From assembly GCA_003164915.1 (NCBI GenBank), contig PLRT01000178.1:1-61353 (forward strand): a stretch of DNA of 61,353 nt. The letters are read 5' to 3'. A program made the position numbers and the translations under genes. Shown here piece by piece: positions 28,669 to 37,566 of the stretch (positions are counted from its first letter, which is position 1; each line of letters begins with the position of its first letter). This DNA is from Hyphomicrobiales bacterium (lineage in GTDB: Bacteria > Pseudomonadota > Alphaproteobacteria > Rhizobiales > Beijerinckiaceae). The notes under the pieces are model-generated. The model worked only from the letters and a program-made list of their open reading frames with translations. It was not told the DNA's origin and did not search any database.

Positions 28669-29425
28669 CTATCTGAATGGCCTGTTTAATCTCGCCGACA
28701 AACGGGCGCTCGTCACCGGCGCAAGCCGCGGGCTCGGTCTTGCCTTCTCCAAGGCGCTCGCATCAGCGGGCGCGCATGTTGTTCTCGCGGGCCGCAGCGA
28801 GGTCCCGCTTCTAGAGGCCGCCGAGGCGCTCCGCGCTGATGGCGCTGACGTTTCGCATGTCGTCCTCGATGTCACCGACACAGCTTCGGTCGACAGCGCC
28901 GTCAGGGAAGCTGGCGCGATCGATATCCTCGTCAACAATGCCGGAATCCAGCATCGCGGGCCGCTCGAGCAGTTTACCGACGACGACTGGCGCCGGGTGA
29001 TGTCGACCAATCTCGACGGCGTGTTCCGGACGAGTCGCGCGGTCGTCAAAGGCATGATCGCTCGCGGCAAGGGGACAATCATCAATGTGTCGTCGGTGCA
29101 GAGCCTGCTCGCCCGCCCCTCGATCGGGCCCTATGCGGCCTCGAAGGGGGCCATCGGCATGCTGACCAAGTCCATGGCCGGCGAATGGGGTCCGTACGAC
29201 ATTCGCGTCAACGCGATTGCGCCGGGCTATTTCAACACCGACCTCAACGCCGCATTGGTGGCTGACGCCGACTTCTCGAAATGGCTCTCGGGGCGGACGC
29301 CGATGCGTCGCTGGGGCGAGGTCAAGGAGCTTGCCGGCGCGCTTGTGTTCCTCGCCTCCGACGCCGCGAGCTTCGTGACCGGACAGACTCTGTTCGTGGA
29401 CGGCGGGATCACCAGCGTCCTTTAG
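28655..29425 (+). CDS. idnO: Gluconate 5-dehydrogenase (SDR)
   Basis: TGASRGLG, NNAGIQ.R.PL..F, SVQS.LARP.I.PY.ASKG, APGYF.T.LN.AL, RTP..RWG...EL; TTG start overlaps idnD. Confidence 0.87.
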   Translation: MISRDYLNGLFNLADKRALVTGASRGLGLAFSKALASAGAHVVLAGRSEVPLLEAAEALRADGADVSHVVLDVTDTASVDSAVREAGAIDILVNNAGIQHRGPLEQFTDDDWRRVMSTNLDGVFRTSRAVVKGMIARGKGTIINVSSVQSLLARPSIGPYAASKGAIGMLTKSMAGEWGPYDIRVNAIAPGYFNTDLNAALVADADFSKWLSGRTPMRRWGEVKELAGALVFLASDAASFVTGQTLFVDGGITSVL

Positions 29426-29616
29426 CGGCGAGACGATCTCCCGCAGCAACCGAGACAGGCGCATTGTTGTAGACCGCCAACAAAATCGACACGGAGGAGG
29501 TACGCCACGAGGATAGCACCCAACCCGCAAATGCGTCGCCATGCGTCGCAGGGCGAATTGCCTCGGAGGGTCTTGGCGCCAGGCGAGGGGCGCATCGAAC
29601 TCTGTGGAGGCGGACG

Positions 29617-30549
29617 ATGACGTGGGGCCGTAGACGCCGAGTCGACTACCATAATTGGCGCAGTTCGGCGAGCGAAGAGGACCTGCGCGAATACGACGCC
29701 TTCGGTCCCTGGATCTATGAGATCAAGGACGAGGGCGATACGCCGAAGCGGTTCCGCGCCGCCTGCGGCCCCCACTACGGCGCCCGCTTTCTCCTCAAGG
29801 CGCCGCGCAACGTCGAGCGGCGGGACGCCCGCCCAGGCATGGACCTCTATGTCGCGGTGCTCGCCGTGCATGATCACGGCGCCAGCCTCATGAGTTTAAC
29901 CGGTGAGGGCGTCGTCACCCAGGACGTCGTCTGGAGCGATGTCGCTGCGCTCGAGAGCTACAGGGATCTCTTGTATAGCCGCTTGACGCTCAAGTTGCGC
30001 GACGGCGGCGCTTTCGACCTCGAATACAGCACCGTTTCGTCTGACCTGATGAGGAAGGTGACCGATTTCATCCGCTCCCGATGGATGCGCCACGGGGAGG
30101 CGCCGCTCCCTGTCGAACCGGAACCGGTCGTAACCATCGCCGACTTCGCTTTCCAAAATGAACTCGACGCCAAGCGGCGCAGCGGACCGCAGCCCGTCGC
30201 GCCAATTCACGCCGAGCCGGCCAACCGCTACTGCCGTGATGCGGCGAACCGCCGCCGGCTTTCGACCGGCGTGATGTTTCTCGAGGCGCCCAACGAGCTC
30301 ATCATCGTCAATCGCGACGAACCGACGCGCCGCTTCCTAGAGGCGCGCTACGCCGTGAAATGCGTCTTCGTCCCGTATGCCGGGGTCACTTCCTTCGCGC
30401 TTGTGCGCCCGCCCGTCGGCCGATCGAGGCGTTTTTACGAGCTGACGCTGCAGGTGGACAAGCAGGTCCTCCGGCAATCCTGCCTCGTCGCGCCCGAGCG
30501 GGTGCTGGCGCGACTGGCCGCGCACGGCGCAACGCAGACGAGCGCGTGA
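29617..30549 (+). CDS. Hypothetical protein (310 aa)
   Basis: RBS GGAGG before ATG; long ORF with protein-like composition (EYDAFGPWIYEI...PRNVERRDA.PGMDLY). Confidence 0.72.
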   Translation: MTWGRRRRVDYHNWRSSASEEDLREYDAFGPWIYEIKDEGDTPKRFRAACGPHYGARFLLKAPRNVERRDARPGMDLYVAVLAVHDHGASLMSLTGEGVVTQDVVWSDVAALESYRDLLYSRLTLKLRDGGAFDLEYSTVSSDLMRKVTDFIRSRWMRHGEAPLPVEPEPVVTIADFAFQNELDAKRRSGPQPVAPIHAEPANRYCRDAANRRRLSTGVMFLEAPNELIIVNRDEPTRRFLEARYAVKCVFVPYAGVTSFALVRPPVGRSRRFYELTLQVDKQVLRQSCLVAPERVLARLAAHGATQTSA

Positions 30550-30735
30550 GACGCGGTTGATGGCGATTCAATACGATCGCGCGCGCGCCATGTGCCGCGC
30601 GGCGGCGCGGTTCTTGTGACGCGAGCGCGCCGTCTGGCAGGCGACAACGCCGCCAATCGGAATATGCGCGACGCGCACGGCAGATTGCGTCTTACTGACC
30701 CGCCGACCGCCGGAGTGCGAGGCGGGATCGCTGTC

Positions 30736-30847
30736 GATGCAGCGATCGCTTCGACCAGCGCGTCCGCGGCGTCGTCAGGCAGCGCGGCGAAACGCGACCG
30801 AGATCACCCGGTGCGCCTTTCGCGAGTTCGGTCGGCGTTTGCATCAT
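30736..30847 (-). pseudogene. N-terminal remnant of a gene downstream of lacI, possibly a SIS-domain sugar-phosphate isomerase
   Basis: RBS GGAGG and ATGATG. With one base restored at GTTTCGCC it reads MMQTPTELAKGAPGDLGRV(F)AALPDDAADALVEAIAA, then degenerates. Confidence 0.3.
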
Positions 30848-30877
30848 CGTCTCGCCTCCCGGTCTCTGTCCTCGCAA

Positions 30878-31951
30878 TCAGACCGATTTGCGCTCGACAA
30901 TAGGGCATTCGACTTTGATTTGATCGAAGCGCGCGGCAAGCCGCGCCGCCATGTCGAACAGCAACTCGGCCGCGATCGTTCCCATTTCGAAATGGGGAAG
31001 AAGGACGGTCGTCAGCGGCGGATGGAGATGTCGCGCGATCTCCCGATCGTCGTATCCCATAACGGCGACGTCGTCCGGGATTCTCATCCCCAGTTCGCCA
31101 AGCGCTTCGTAGCAGCCCAAAGCCATCAAATCGTTGGCGCAAAAGATAGCCGTGGGCCGCGAGGGCAAAAGCATCAGCGCGCGGGCGCCTTCGTAGCCGG
31201 ATATCGGTTGCCAGTTGCCGTTGCGCACGAGCCCTGGATCGAACGGCAGATCGGCGGAGCTGAGCGCTCGACGATAACCCCGCAGGCGCTGTTGCGAGGC
31301 TTCCATGCTCGGCTCGCCATTGATGTAGCCAATGCGGCGGTGGCCGGCTTGCAGCAGGAAATTGGTGGCTGCGTGTCCGCCGGCGACCTCGCTCGGCACG
31401 ACCGACGGCAGCGCCCGGTTGGCGACGTGGCAATTCAGCAAGACCGTCGGCGTTTGCGGAAGCGTCGCGGGGAGATGAACGAGGCGGGTGTTGACGGTGG
31501 CGAAGATCAGCCCGAACAGCGGCTGAGACGCCAATTGCTCGAGCGCGGCCGCTTCCATGTCGACGTCGCCGCGCGTTACCGCGACCGTGACGGTGAGCCC
31601 GCGCTCCCACGCCTTTTCGCGCACGCCGTCGAAACCGATGGAGGTCCAAGGATCGGTCGAGATTTCGTCGCAGATGAAGCCGATCGTCGAGGCGCGCGAC
31701 AACGGCGCGTCTCCGCGGCGCCCCGGCTGGTAGCCGAGCTTTGCCGCCGCCTTGATCACCCGCTCGCGCGTTTGCGCCGACAGGCGCGCGCCGTCGGCGT
31801 GATTGAGCACCAACGACACGGTCGTCTGGGACACCCGCGCTTCGTTGGCGACATCGACCATTGTCGGACGGCGCGGGCGTCCGCCCCGCTTGAACCGCGG
31901 CCTCTCCTCGCCCAGCTTGTCAGCCCGTCGCGAAGGCATCGCCAGCGTCAC
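30878..31951 (-). CDS. LacI-family transcriptional regulator
   Basis: HTH PTMVDVANEARVSQTTVSLVLN, LGY.P, PTAIFCANDLMA.G, IPDD.AV.GYDD, P.LTTV. Confidence 0.95.
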   Translation of the reverse strand: MTLAMPSRRADKLGEERPRFKRGGRPRRPTMVDVANEARVSQTTVSLVLNHADGARLSAQTRERVIKAAAKLGYQPGRRGDAPLSRASTIGFICDEISTDPWTSIGFDGVREKAWERGLTVTVAVTRGDVDMEAAALEQLASQPLFGLIFATVNTRLVHLPATLPQTPTVLLNCHVANRALPSVVPSEVAGGHAATNFLLQAGHRRIGYINGEPSMEASQQRLRGYRRALSSADLPFDPGLVRNGNWQPISGYEGARALMLLPSRPTAIFCANDLMALGCYEALGELGMRIPDDVAVMGYDDREIARHLHPPLTTVLLPHFEMGTIAAELLFDMAARLAARFDQIKVECPIVERKSV

Positions 31952-32049
31952 CTCCCCGTTATTCTGTTGCGCATATTATTAGCACGGCAAGCCGTTGACA
32001 ACAAAATATAATATCCGAGCGTGGCGTTTCCGAGCGGATTTTGTCCCTT

Positions 32050-32065
32050 GACAATTATTATTGTC
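32050..32065. promoter_or_regulatory. AT-rich palindrome, candidate LacI operator overlapping a TTGACA
   Basis: GACAATTATTATTGTC; a related TATTATTA occurs near 31974-31981 upstream of lacI. Confidence 0.35.
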
Positions 32066-32197
32066 GGTGGGAACTTTTGTCGCAAACTCGAGCGGCGATC
32101 GGGACGCGCCGCGACAACAGCAAAGCCTACCTTGATCGGTACGAAACCGGGGCGTTCGGGGTCGACCGAAGTTGGGCTCGGAGCGGGAGGTAAGGGG

Positions 32198-32263
32198 ATG
32201 TCAGCGTTCGTGACCGGGGTGGTCATCGACATCCGCGATCTGACCATTCACGATGGCCCAGGA
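32198..32263 (+). pseudogene. N-terminal remnant of a glycyl-radical enzyme activating (radical SAM) protein
   Basis: RBS GGAGG then MSAFVTGVVIDIRDLTIHDGPG, matching the G.(I/V).dI....HDGPG start of GRE activases; the expected RT.VF.KGC...C..C does not follow. Confidence 0.5.
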
Positions 32264-32763
32264 CGGCGGCTGTCGGAGGAGGCCGAGAAAACCTTGCGGG
32301 ACGCGCCCATGGTCGGCCATAACAAAGACTGTAGCGCAATGACGAATACGCTGATCCCGCACAAAATAGCGGGCAATCCCGGTTCGACATTATCGTTATT
32401 CCCGACGATAATGACTTTTGCTCGCCCTTTGCCTGCCCAATGCAAAGGACCGCCTGCAGCTGGGTTTTACTCTGACGCTATTGGAATATCGGGCCGCTTA
32501 AGTGATTGATTATTGCTCAGTGGCGTACAATTGACTCAGCTCTCAAATTGATCATGATCAGATGACGTGATGTTGACATGAAACGCCTGTCGATTTTGGC
32601 CGCGTTGGCGATGATCCACCAGGCCCCGCTATCGAGCGAGGGCCAATTACAAAGGGGAGGAAACCAAGACCTTAGGGAATAAGTTAGAATGGACGGCCCA
32701 TCGAGGCCGCCGCAACACGGACCTGGGATTCAGCCGGGTCGCGGACATAGTGGGAGGAAGTTG

Positions 32764-33723
32764 ATGAACAATACTGGTAGAATCGCTGTCGCAATAGCGG
32801 CAGGCCTGACCTTGAGCTTCGCTGCGCTCTCGCCGACGCTCGCTGCCGATAAACCGCAGTTGGCCTTTGTGGCCAACGGGGCTTCGGACTTCTGGAAGGC
32901 GGCGGAAGCCGGCATGAAGAAGGCGCAGACCGAGCTGGCCGACTACGAGCTCATTTTCAGGTATCCTGACGTCGCCTCTGTCGCTAACCAGCAAGCGCTG
33001 ATGGACAACCTCGCGACGGCAGGCGTGAAAGCCATCATGGTCTCCGCCGTCGATCCGAAAGCGACGGACGTCCTCAACCGAATCGCGGGTGAGACTGCGC
33101 TCTTCACCACCGATTCCGACGCGCCCAACAGCAAGCGTATCGCCTACGTCGGTTCGTCCAACGTCCTCGCCGGCGGCCAGGCGGCGGAGATCGCCAAGAA
33201 GGCGATGCCGAACGGCGGCAAATGCATGGGCTTCGTCGGCCTGCTCGACGCCGCTAACTACAAGGAGCGCGCGCAGGGTTTCGTCGAAGGCCTCAAAGGA
33301 ACCAAAATCACGCTCGTCGACACGCGTGGCGACGGCATCGATCAAACCCGCGCCAAGAGCAATGTTGAAGACGTCTTGACGGCCGATCCCAGCATCAACT
33401 GTATGGTCGGTTTCTACTCTTACAACACGCCGCGCATTTACGAGGCGCTCAAGGGCGCCGGCAAGCTCGGCCAGATCACCGTCGTCGGCTTCGACGACGA
33501 TCCGATCACCCTCGGCGGCGTCAAAGAAGGAACGATTGCCGGCACGGTCGTGCAGCAGCCGTTTGAATGGGCTTACCAGGGCTTCAAGCTCATGGCGGCC
33601 TACCTCAAGGGCGACAAGTCCGGCATCCCGGCGAATGGTCAGATCATCATCCCGACCAAAATCCTCTACGCGGGCGACATCGACGCCTACGCAGCCAATC
33701 TGAAGGCAATGTCCGGAAAGTGA
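32764..33723 (+). CDS. Sugar ABC transporter periplasmic binding protein (RbsB-like)
   Basis: RBS GGAGG, signal peptide, SDFWK, TTDSD, YVGSSN..AG, VVGFD, VVQQPF. Confidence 0.93.
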   Translation: MNNTGRIAVAIAAGLTLSFAALSPTLAADKPQLAFVANGASDFWKAAEAGMKKAQTELADYELIFRYPDVASVANQQALMDNLATAGVKAIMVSAVDPKATDVLNRIAGETALFTTDSDAPNSKRIAYVGSSNVLAGGQAAEIAKKAMPNGGKCMGFVGLLDAANYKERAQGFVEGLKGTKITLVDTRGDGIDQTRAKSNVEDVLTADPSINCMVGFYSYNTPRIYEALKGAGKLGQITVVGFDDDPITLGGVKEGTIAGTVVQQPFEWAYQGFKLMAAYLKGDKSGIPANGQIIIPTKILYAGDIDAYAANLKAMSGK

Positions 33724-33731
33724 GGCAAGAC

Positions 33732-33821
33732 GGGAGCCGGCATCGGCGCGCCGCCTGAAGCCGGCTTCCTCTTACGCACGCGAAACATGGGGCGGCAGCC
33801 AATGACCGGCTTGCCGCCCCA
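33732..33821 (+). terminator. Two tandem GC-rich hairpins after the binding-protein gene (partial terminator or mRNA stabiliser)
   Basis: GGGAGCCGGC/GCCGGCTTCC (33732-33769) and TGGGGCGGCAGCC/GGCTTGCCGCCCCA (33788-33821). Confidence 0.6.
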
Positions 33822-33848
33822 AGAGGGTTCGTCTACTTCCGAGCGATC

Positions 33849-35402
33849 ATGACCAGCGTCGCTGCGCACATTGAACCGGCATCGGCCGAGCCGTTCCTTA
33901 CACTTGCCAACATCCGCAAGGTGTATCCGGGAGTGGTTGCGCTATCGAGCTTTTCGATGAGCGTCAGCCCGGGCGAGGTCATCGGCCTCGTCGGTGAGAA
34001 TGGGGCCGGCAAGTCGACGCTGATGAAGATTCTCGGTGGCGTCATCGCGCCGAGCCAGGGGACCATCACCATAGACGGAGTCCCGCGGGCGTCCCTGACA
34101 GTCGCCGACAGCATGGCTGCCGGCATCGCCTTCGTGCATCAGGAACTCAATCTTTTCGACAATCTCGATGTGGCGGCCAACATATTTGTTGGAAGAGAGC
34201 CACTCACCGGCGGTTTTCTCCGCCTGGTCGACGAAAAAAAGCAGCACGAGATGGTCATCCCGCTGCTCAAGCGGGTCGGCGCCAACTTTTCCGCGTTCGC
34301 GCCGTTGGCCAGTTTGTCCCTTGCGCAACGTCAGATGGTGGAAATCGCAAAAGCGCTGTCGGTAGACGCGCGGCTGGTCATCCTCGACGAACCGACTTCG
34401 ATCCTGCCGCTTTCCGAGACTGAGAAGCTGCTGGACGTGATAAGGGCGCTGAAGGCCGATGGCATCAGCGTCATTTTCATCTCGCACCGCCTGCATGAGA
34501 TCGAACTGATCGCCGACCGCGTCGTGGTGCTGCGCGACGGCGCTCTGGTGGGCACTCTGGACAGAGGCGAGATCGATCATCAGCGCATGGTCAAGTTGAT
34601 GATCGGTCGCGACATCAAGGTGCCGTCGGCGCCGCTTGCCAATGCGCCCGGCAATATCGCGATGTCGGCCGTCGGCGTCCGGACGGCCGCTCACCCCGCG
34701 CAGCCGGTAAGCCTCGATCTGCGCAATGGCGAAATACTCGGGCTTGCCGGTCTCGTCGGCTCCGGCCGGACGGAACTCGCACGCGCCATGTTCGGCGTCG
34801 ATCCGATCTACGGCGGCTATTTTGAACTCGACGGCGATAAATTTCGGCCCACTCATGCCTCTCAATCCATCGCCCGCGGAATCTTCCTCGTGCCCGAGGA
34901 CCGCCAAGGCGCCGGCGTCCTGCTCGACCTGTCGATCGCCGAAAACATCTCGTTGCCGGATCTGCCGGCGCACGCCACGAGCTTCTTTGTCAACCGCGGC
35001 CTGGAAATTCAAACCGCCGAGAGGCAGAAGCGCAATCTCGCCATCATGACGCCAAGCGTCGCGACGCGCACGGGCTCCCTATCGGGTGGAAACCAGCAGA
35101 AGGTGGTGCTCGCGAAATGGCTGGCGATGAGCCCGAAAGTCATGATCTTCGATGAGCCGACACGTGGCATCGATATCGGCGCCAAAGCGGAAATCTATCG
35201 CCTGATGCGCGAACTGGCCGACGTCGGCGTCGCCGTGCTGATGATCTCCAGCGACATGGAGGAGGTGATCGGGGTTTCTGACCGCATCGCCGTGATGCAC
35301 GAAGGCCGCGTTGCCGGCATTCTCAACCGAGACCAATTCAGCGGGGAAAACGTGCTGCTGTTGGCCGTGGGCAAGACCATCGGCGCGAAAACGGAACCAT
35401 GA
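33849..35402 (+). CDS. Sugar ABC transporter ATP-binding protein (CUT2, two NBDs)
   Basis: GENGAGKSTL, LDEPTS, ISHRL.E, GLVGSGRTEL, LSGGNQQKVVLAKW, DEPTRGID.GAK.EIY. Confidence 0.95.
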   Translation: MTSVAAHIEPASAEPFLTLANIRKVYPGVVALSSFSMSVSPGEVIGLVGENGAGKSTLMKILGGVIAPSQGTITIDGVPRASLTVADSMAAGIAFVHQELNLFDNLDVAANIFVGREPLTGGFLRLVDEKKQHEMVIPLLKRVGANFSAFAPLASLSLAQRQMVEIAKALSVDARLVILDEPTSILPLSETEKLLDVIRALKADGISVIFISHRLHEIELIADRVVVLRDGALVGTLDRGEIDHQRMVKLMIGRDIKVPSAPLANAPGNIAMSAVGVRTAAHPAQPVSLDLRNGEILGLAGLVGSGRTELARAMFGVDPIYGGYFELDGDKFRPTHASQSIARGIFLVPEDRQGAGVLLDLSIAENISLPDLPAHATSFFVNRGLEIQTAERQKRNLAIMTPSVATRTGSLSGGNQQKVVLAKWLAMSPKVMIFDEPTRGIDIGAKAEIYRLMRELADVGVAVLMISSDMEEVIGVSDRIAVMHEGRVAGILNRDQFSGENVLLLAVGKTIGAKTEP

Positions 35403-35457
35403 TCGAAATGCATTCCGGCACGGCGCGCAGTGGCGCCGCCCCCATGGGGAACATCGA

Positions 35458-36456
35458 ATGACCAAGAAAGATTTGGGCCTGCTGATCCTCATTCTGGCGG
35501 TGGGAGCGGTGGTCACGATGATCAACCCGCGCTTCATATTGCCGATCAATATCGCCAACACCGCCAACCTCGTCGGCATGTTCGGATTGTCGGCGCTCGG
35601 GCAGTCCATCGTCATTCTGACCGGCGGTATCGAGCTGTCGGTCGGTTCCGTGATTGCGCTGATAGGCGTGCTGTTCGTCGACTTTATCGCCACCCAGAAC
35701 ATCCCGTGGCCGGTCGCCGCGGCGCTGATGCTCGTGCTGGCGATAATGCTGGGCCTGACACACGGGCTGCTGATCACCAAGTTCAAGCTGCCGCCGTTCA
35801 TCGTCACGCTCTGTGGTTTGCTCATCTACCGCGGCATCGCCCGCTTCTATACGCGGGACGCAACCGCCGGTTTCGCTTTCGGTCAGAACTTTCCCAAGCT
35901 CGAGTTCATTACCGCCGGGCGCTCTTTCGGCGTGCCGAACTCCTTCATTGGCCTGATCATCGCCGCCGCCATCATGTGGATCGTGGTGCACCGGTCGGTG
36001 TTCGGTCGATACCTCTATGCGGCGGGCAAGAATGAGGAGGCCGCCCGCTTCTCCGGCATCAAGACCGACCAGGTGATCATCGCGGCGTATGTCATCTGTC
36101 AGGTGTTGACGATGTTGTCGGCCATCTACTTCGCCATGTACACCCGCTCGATCTCGCCAGCCTCCCACGGCAACTTTTATGAGCTTTACGCCATTGCCGC
36201 TGCGGTGCTCGGCGGTTTCTCGCTGCGCGGCGGCGAGGGCTCGATCATCGGCGCTCTGTTGGGCGTGGTTTTGTTGCAGGAGTTGCAGAACCTGGTGAAT
36301 CTCCTCGGCATCCCCTCGTCGTTGAACTTTGCCGTTGTGGGCGGTGTGATCCTGCTCGGCGTGCTGGGGGATCAGCAATGGGGATCGTTCCGCGAGCGCC
36401 GTCGGATCGAGGACGCAGCGCGCGGGCGCGAACCCAAACAGGCCTCCGCCGAGTAG
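35458..36456 (+). CDS. Sugar ABC transporter permease (RbsC-like)
   Basis: ILTGGIELSVGS, PPFIVTL, FGRYLYA.G.NEEAARFSGI, YELYAIAAAVLGG.SL.GG.G. Confidence 0.94.
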   Translation: MTKKDLGLLILILAVGAVVTMINPRFILPINIANTANLVGMFGLSALGQSIVILTGGIELSVGSVIALIGVLFVDFIATQNIPWPVAAALMLVLAIMLGLTHGLLITKFKLPPFIVTLCGLLIYRGIARFYTRDATAGFAFGQNFPKLEFITAGRSFGVPNSFIGLIIAAAIMWIVVHRSVFGRYLYAAGKNEEAARFSGIKTDQVIIAAYVICQVLTMLSAIYFAMYTRSISPASHGNFYELYAIAAAVLGGFSLRGGEGSIIGALLGVVLLQELQNLVNLLGIPSSLNFAVVGGVILLGVLGDQQWGSFRERRRIEDAARGREPKQASAE

Positions 36457-36654
36457 CCAAACAAGAAAGCCAACCCCGGTCGGTTCGCTCAGCCCGCGAC
36501 TTCAGACCCGGCGTGTCGAGCCTCGGGATGAGGGCGTGCACGACGGCGCCCACGTCGACTGCTGTCGAGACGCTGCCCGCTTCCTGGTGGGAATCGCTGT
36601 CGAATGCGAAACCGGATTGTTCCCAGATGATCGCCAGTCGCCGCAGCGACGAGG

Positions 36655-36773
36655 GGCTGTGGCCGCCTGTGGGTCTCGCCGCGGCGTCACGCGATGGTCG
36701 GGAGACGTTTCTGGCCGGCGTCGCCCGCCTTGCTCTCGCTCACAGGAAGCCTGATCGCCATGGCCTTTCTTGA
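36655..36773 (+). pseudogene. dgoK: Probable 3' remnant of 2-dehydro-3-deoxygalactonokinase
   Basis: AVAACG / LAAASRDGRETFLAGVARLA (frameshifted) resembles the DgoK C-terminus (DG..AFLAG) and overlaps the dgoA start; no 5' part is present. Confidence 0.4.
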
Positions 36774-37383
36774 TCGCTTCGACACGCAATTCGCCCGCTC
36801 TCCCTTCGTCGCGATCCTGCGTGGCCTGACGCCCGAAGTCGCCGTCGGAGTCGGCGAGGCGCTCGTCGCCGCCGGCGTCACGCTCATCGAAGTGCCGCTC
36901 AACTCGCCCGAGCCGTTCGTCTCGATCGGCCGCATGGCGAAAGCGTTGGGAGATCGGGCCATCGTCGGCGCCGGCACGGTGCTGACGACCGAGGATGTCG
37001 GCCGCGTCGCGGAGATCGGCGGCGGTCTGATCGTCTCGCCCCACACCGACACCGGCATCATCCGCGCGACGAAGGCGGCGGGCCTGGTCAGCATCCCGGG
37101 TTTCGTGACCCCGACCGAAGCCTTCACGGCGCTCGGCGCCGGCGCCGATGCGCTCAAGCTCTTTCCCGCCGAATTGTTCAGCCCGGCGGTCGTCATGGCA
37201 ATCGGGGTTGTCTTGCCGAAGGCGGCGCGGCTGCTCCTCGTCGGCGGCGTCGATCCCGAGACCCCGCGCCTCTACGCAGCCACTCGCGTCGCCGGCTATG
37301 GCGTCGGATCGGCTCTTTACCGCCCGGGCGACGACGCACAGAGCGTCGCCGAGAAGGCTCGCCGCTTCGTCGCCGCCCTGTGA
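36760..37383 (+). CDS. dgoA: 2-dehydro-3-deoxy-6-phosphogalactonate aldolase
   Basis: VAILRGLTP, IEVPLNSP.P..SI, GAGTV, TPTEAF.AL..GA.ALKLFPAE, VGGV, G.GS.LYRPG. Confidence 0.9.
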   Translation: MAFLDRFDTQFARSPFVAILRGLTPEVAVGVGEALVAAGVTLIEVPLNSPEPFVSIGRMAKALGDRAIVGAGTVLTTEDVGRVAEIGGGLIVSPHTDTGIIRATKAAGLVSIPGFVTPTEAFTALGAGADALKLFPAELFSPAVVMAIGVVLPKAARLLLVGGVDPETPRLYAATRVAGYGVGSALYRPGDDAQSVAEKARRFVAAL

Positions 37384-37458
37384 GACGACGCGAATCGGGC
37401 CGCGAACTCTGAACTTTTCATCGCCGCCAAAAGCCGATCATCGCGACGAAGAGCGCCC

Positions 37459-37548
37459 ATGATCATTGCCGGGATCAACAGCTTCATCGTCGGTCAGGCA
37501 GAGAGCGGTCAGCGCTGGCGCAATCCCGTTTGGCGCCATGCCGAATAG
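37459..37548 (+). pseudogene. dgoD: Galactonate dehydratase with almost the whole gene deleted in frame
   Basis: 29-aa ORF MIIAGINSFIV-GQAESGQRWRNPVWRHAE: a DgoD-like N-terminus joined to the DgoD C-terminal WRNP.WRH motif, directly after dgoA. Confidence 0.7.
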
Positions 37549-37566
37549 GCCGCAAAGAACCCTTGC

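Noticed and set aside
30740-30790. RuvC-like PDDAADAL motif on the minus strand
   Set aside because: No other RuvC motifs; it lies near the start of a short stub, not at a C-terminus.
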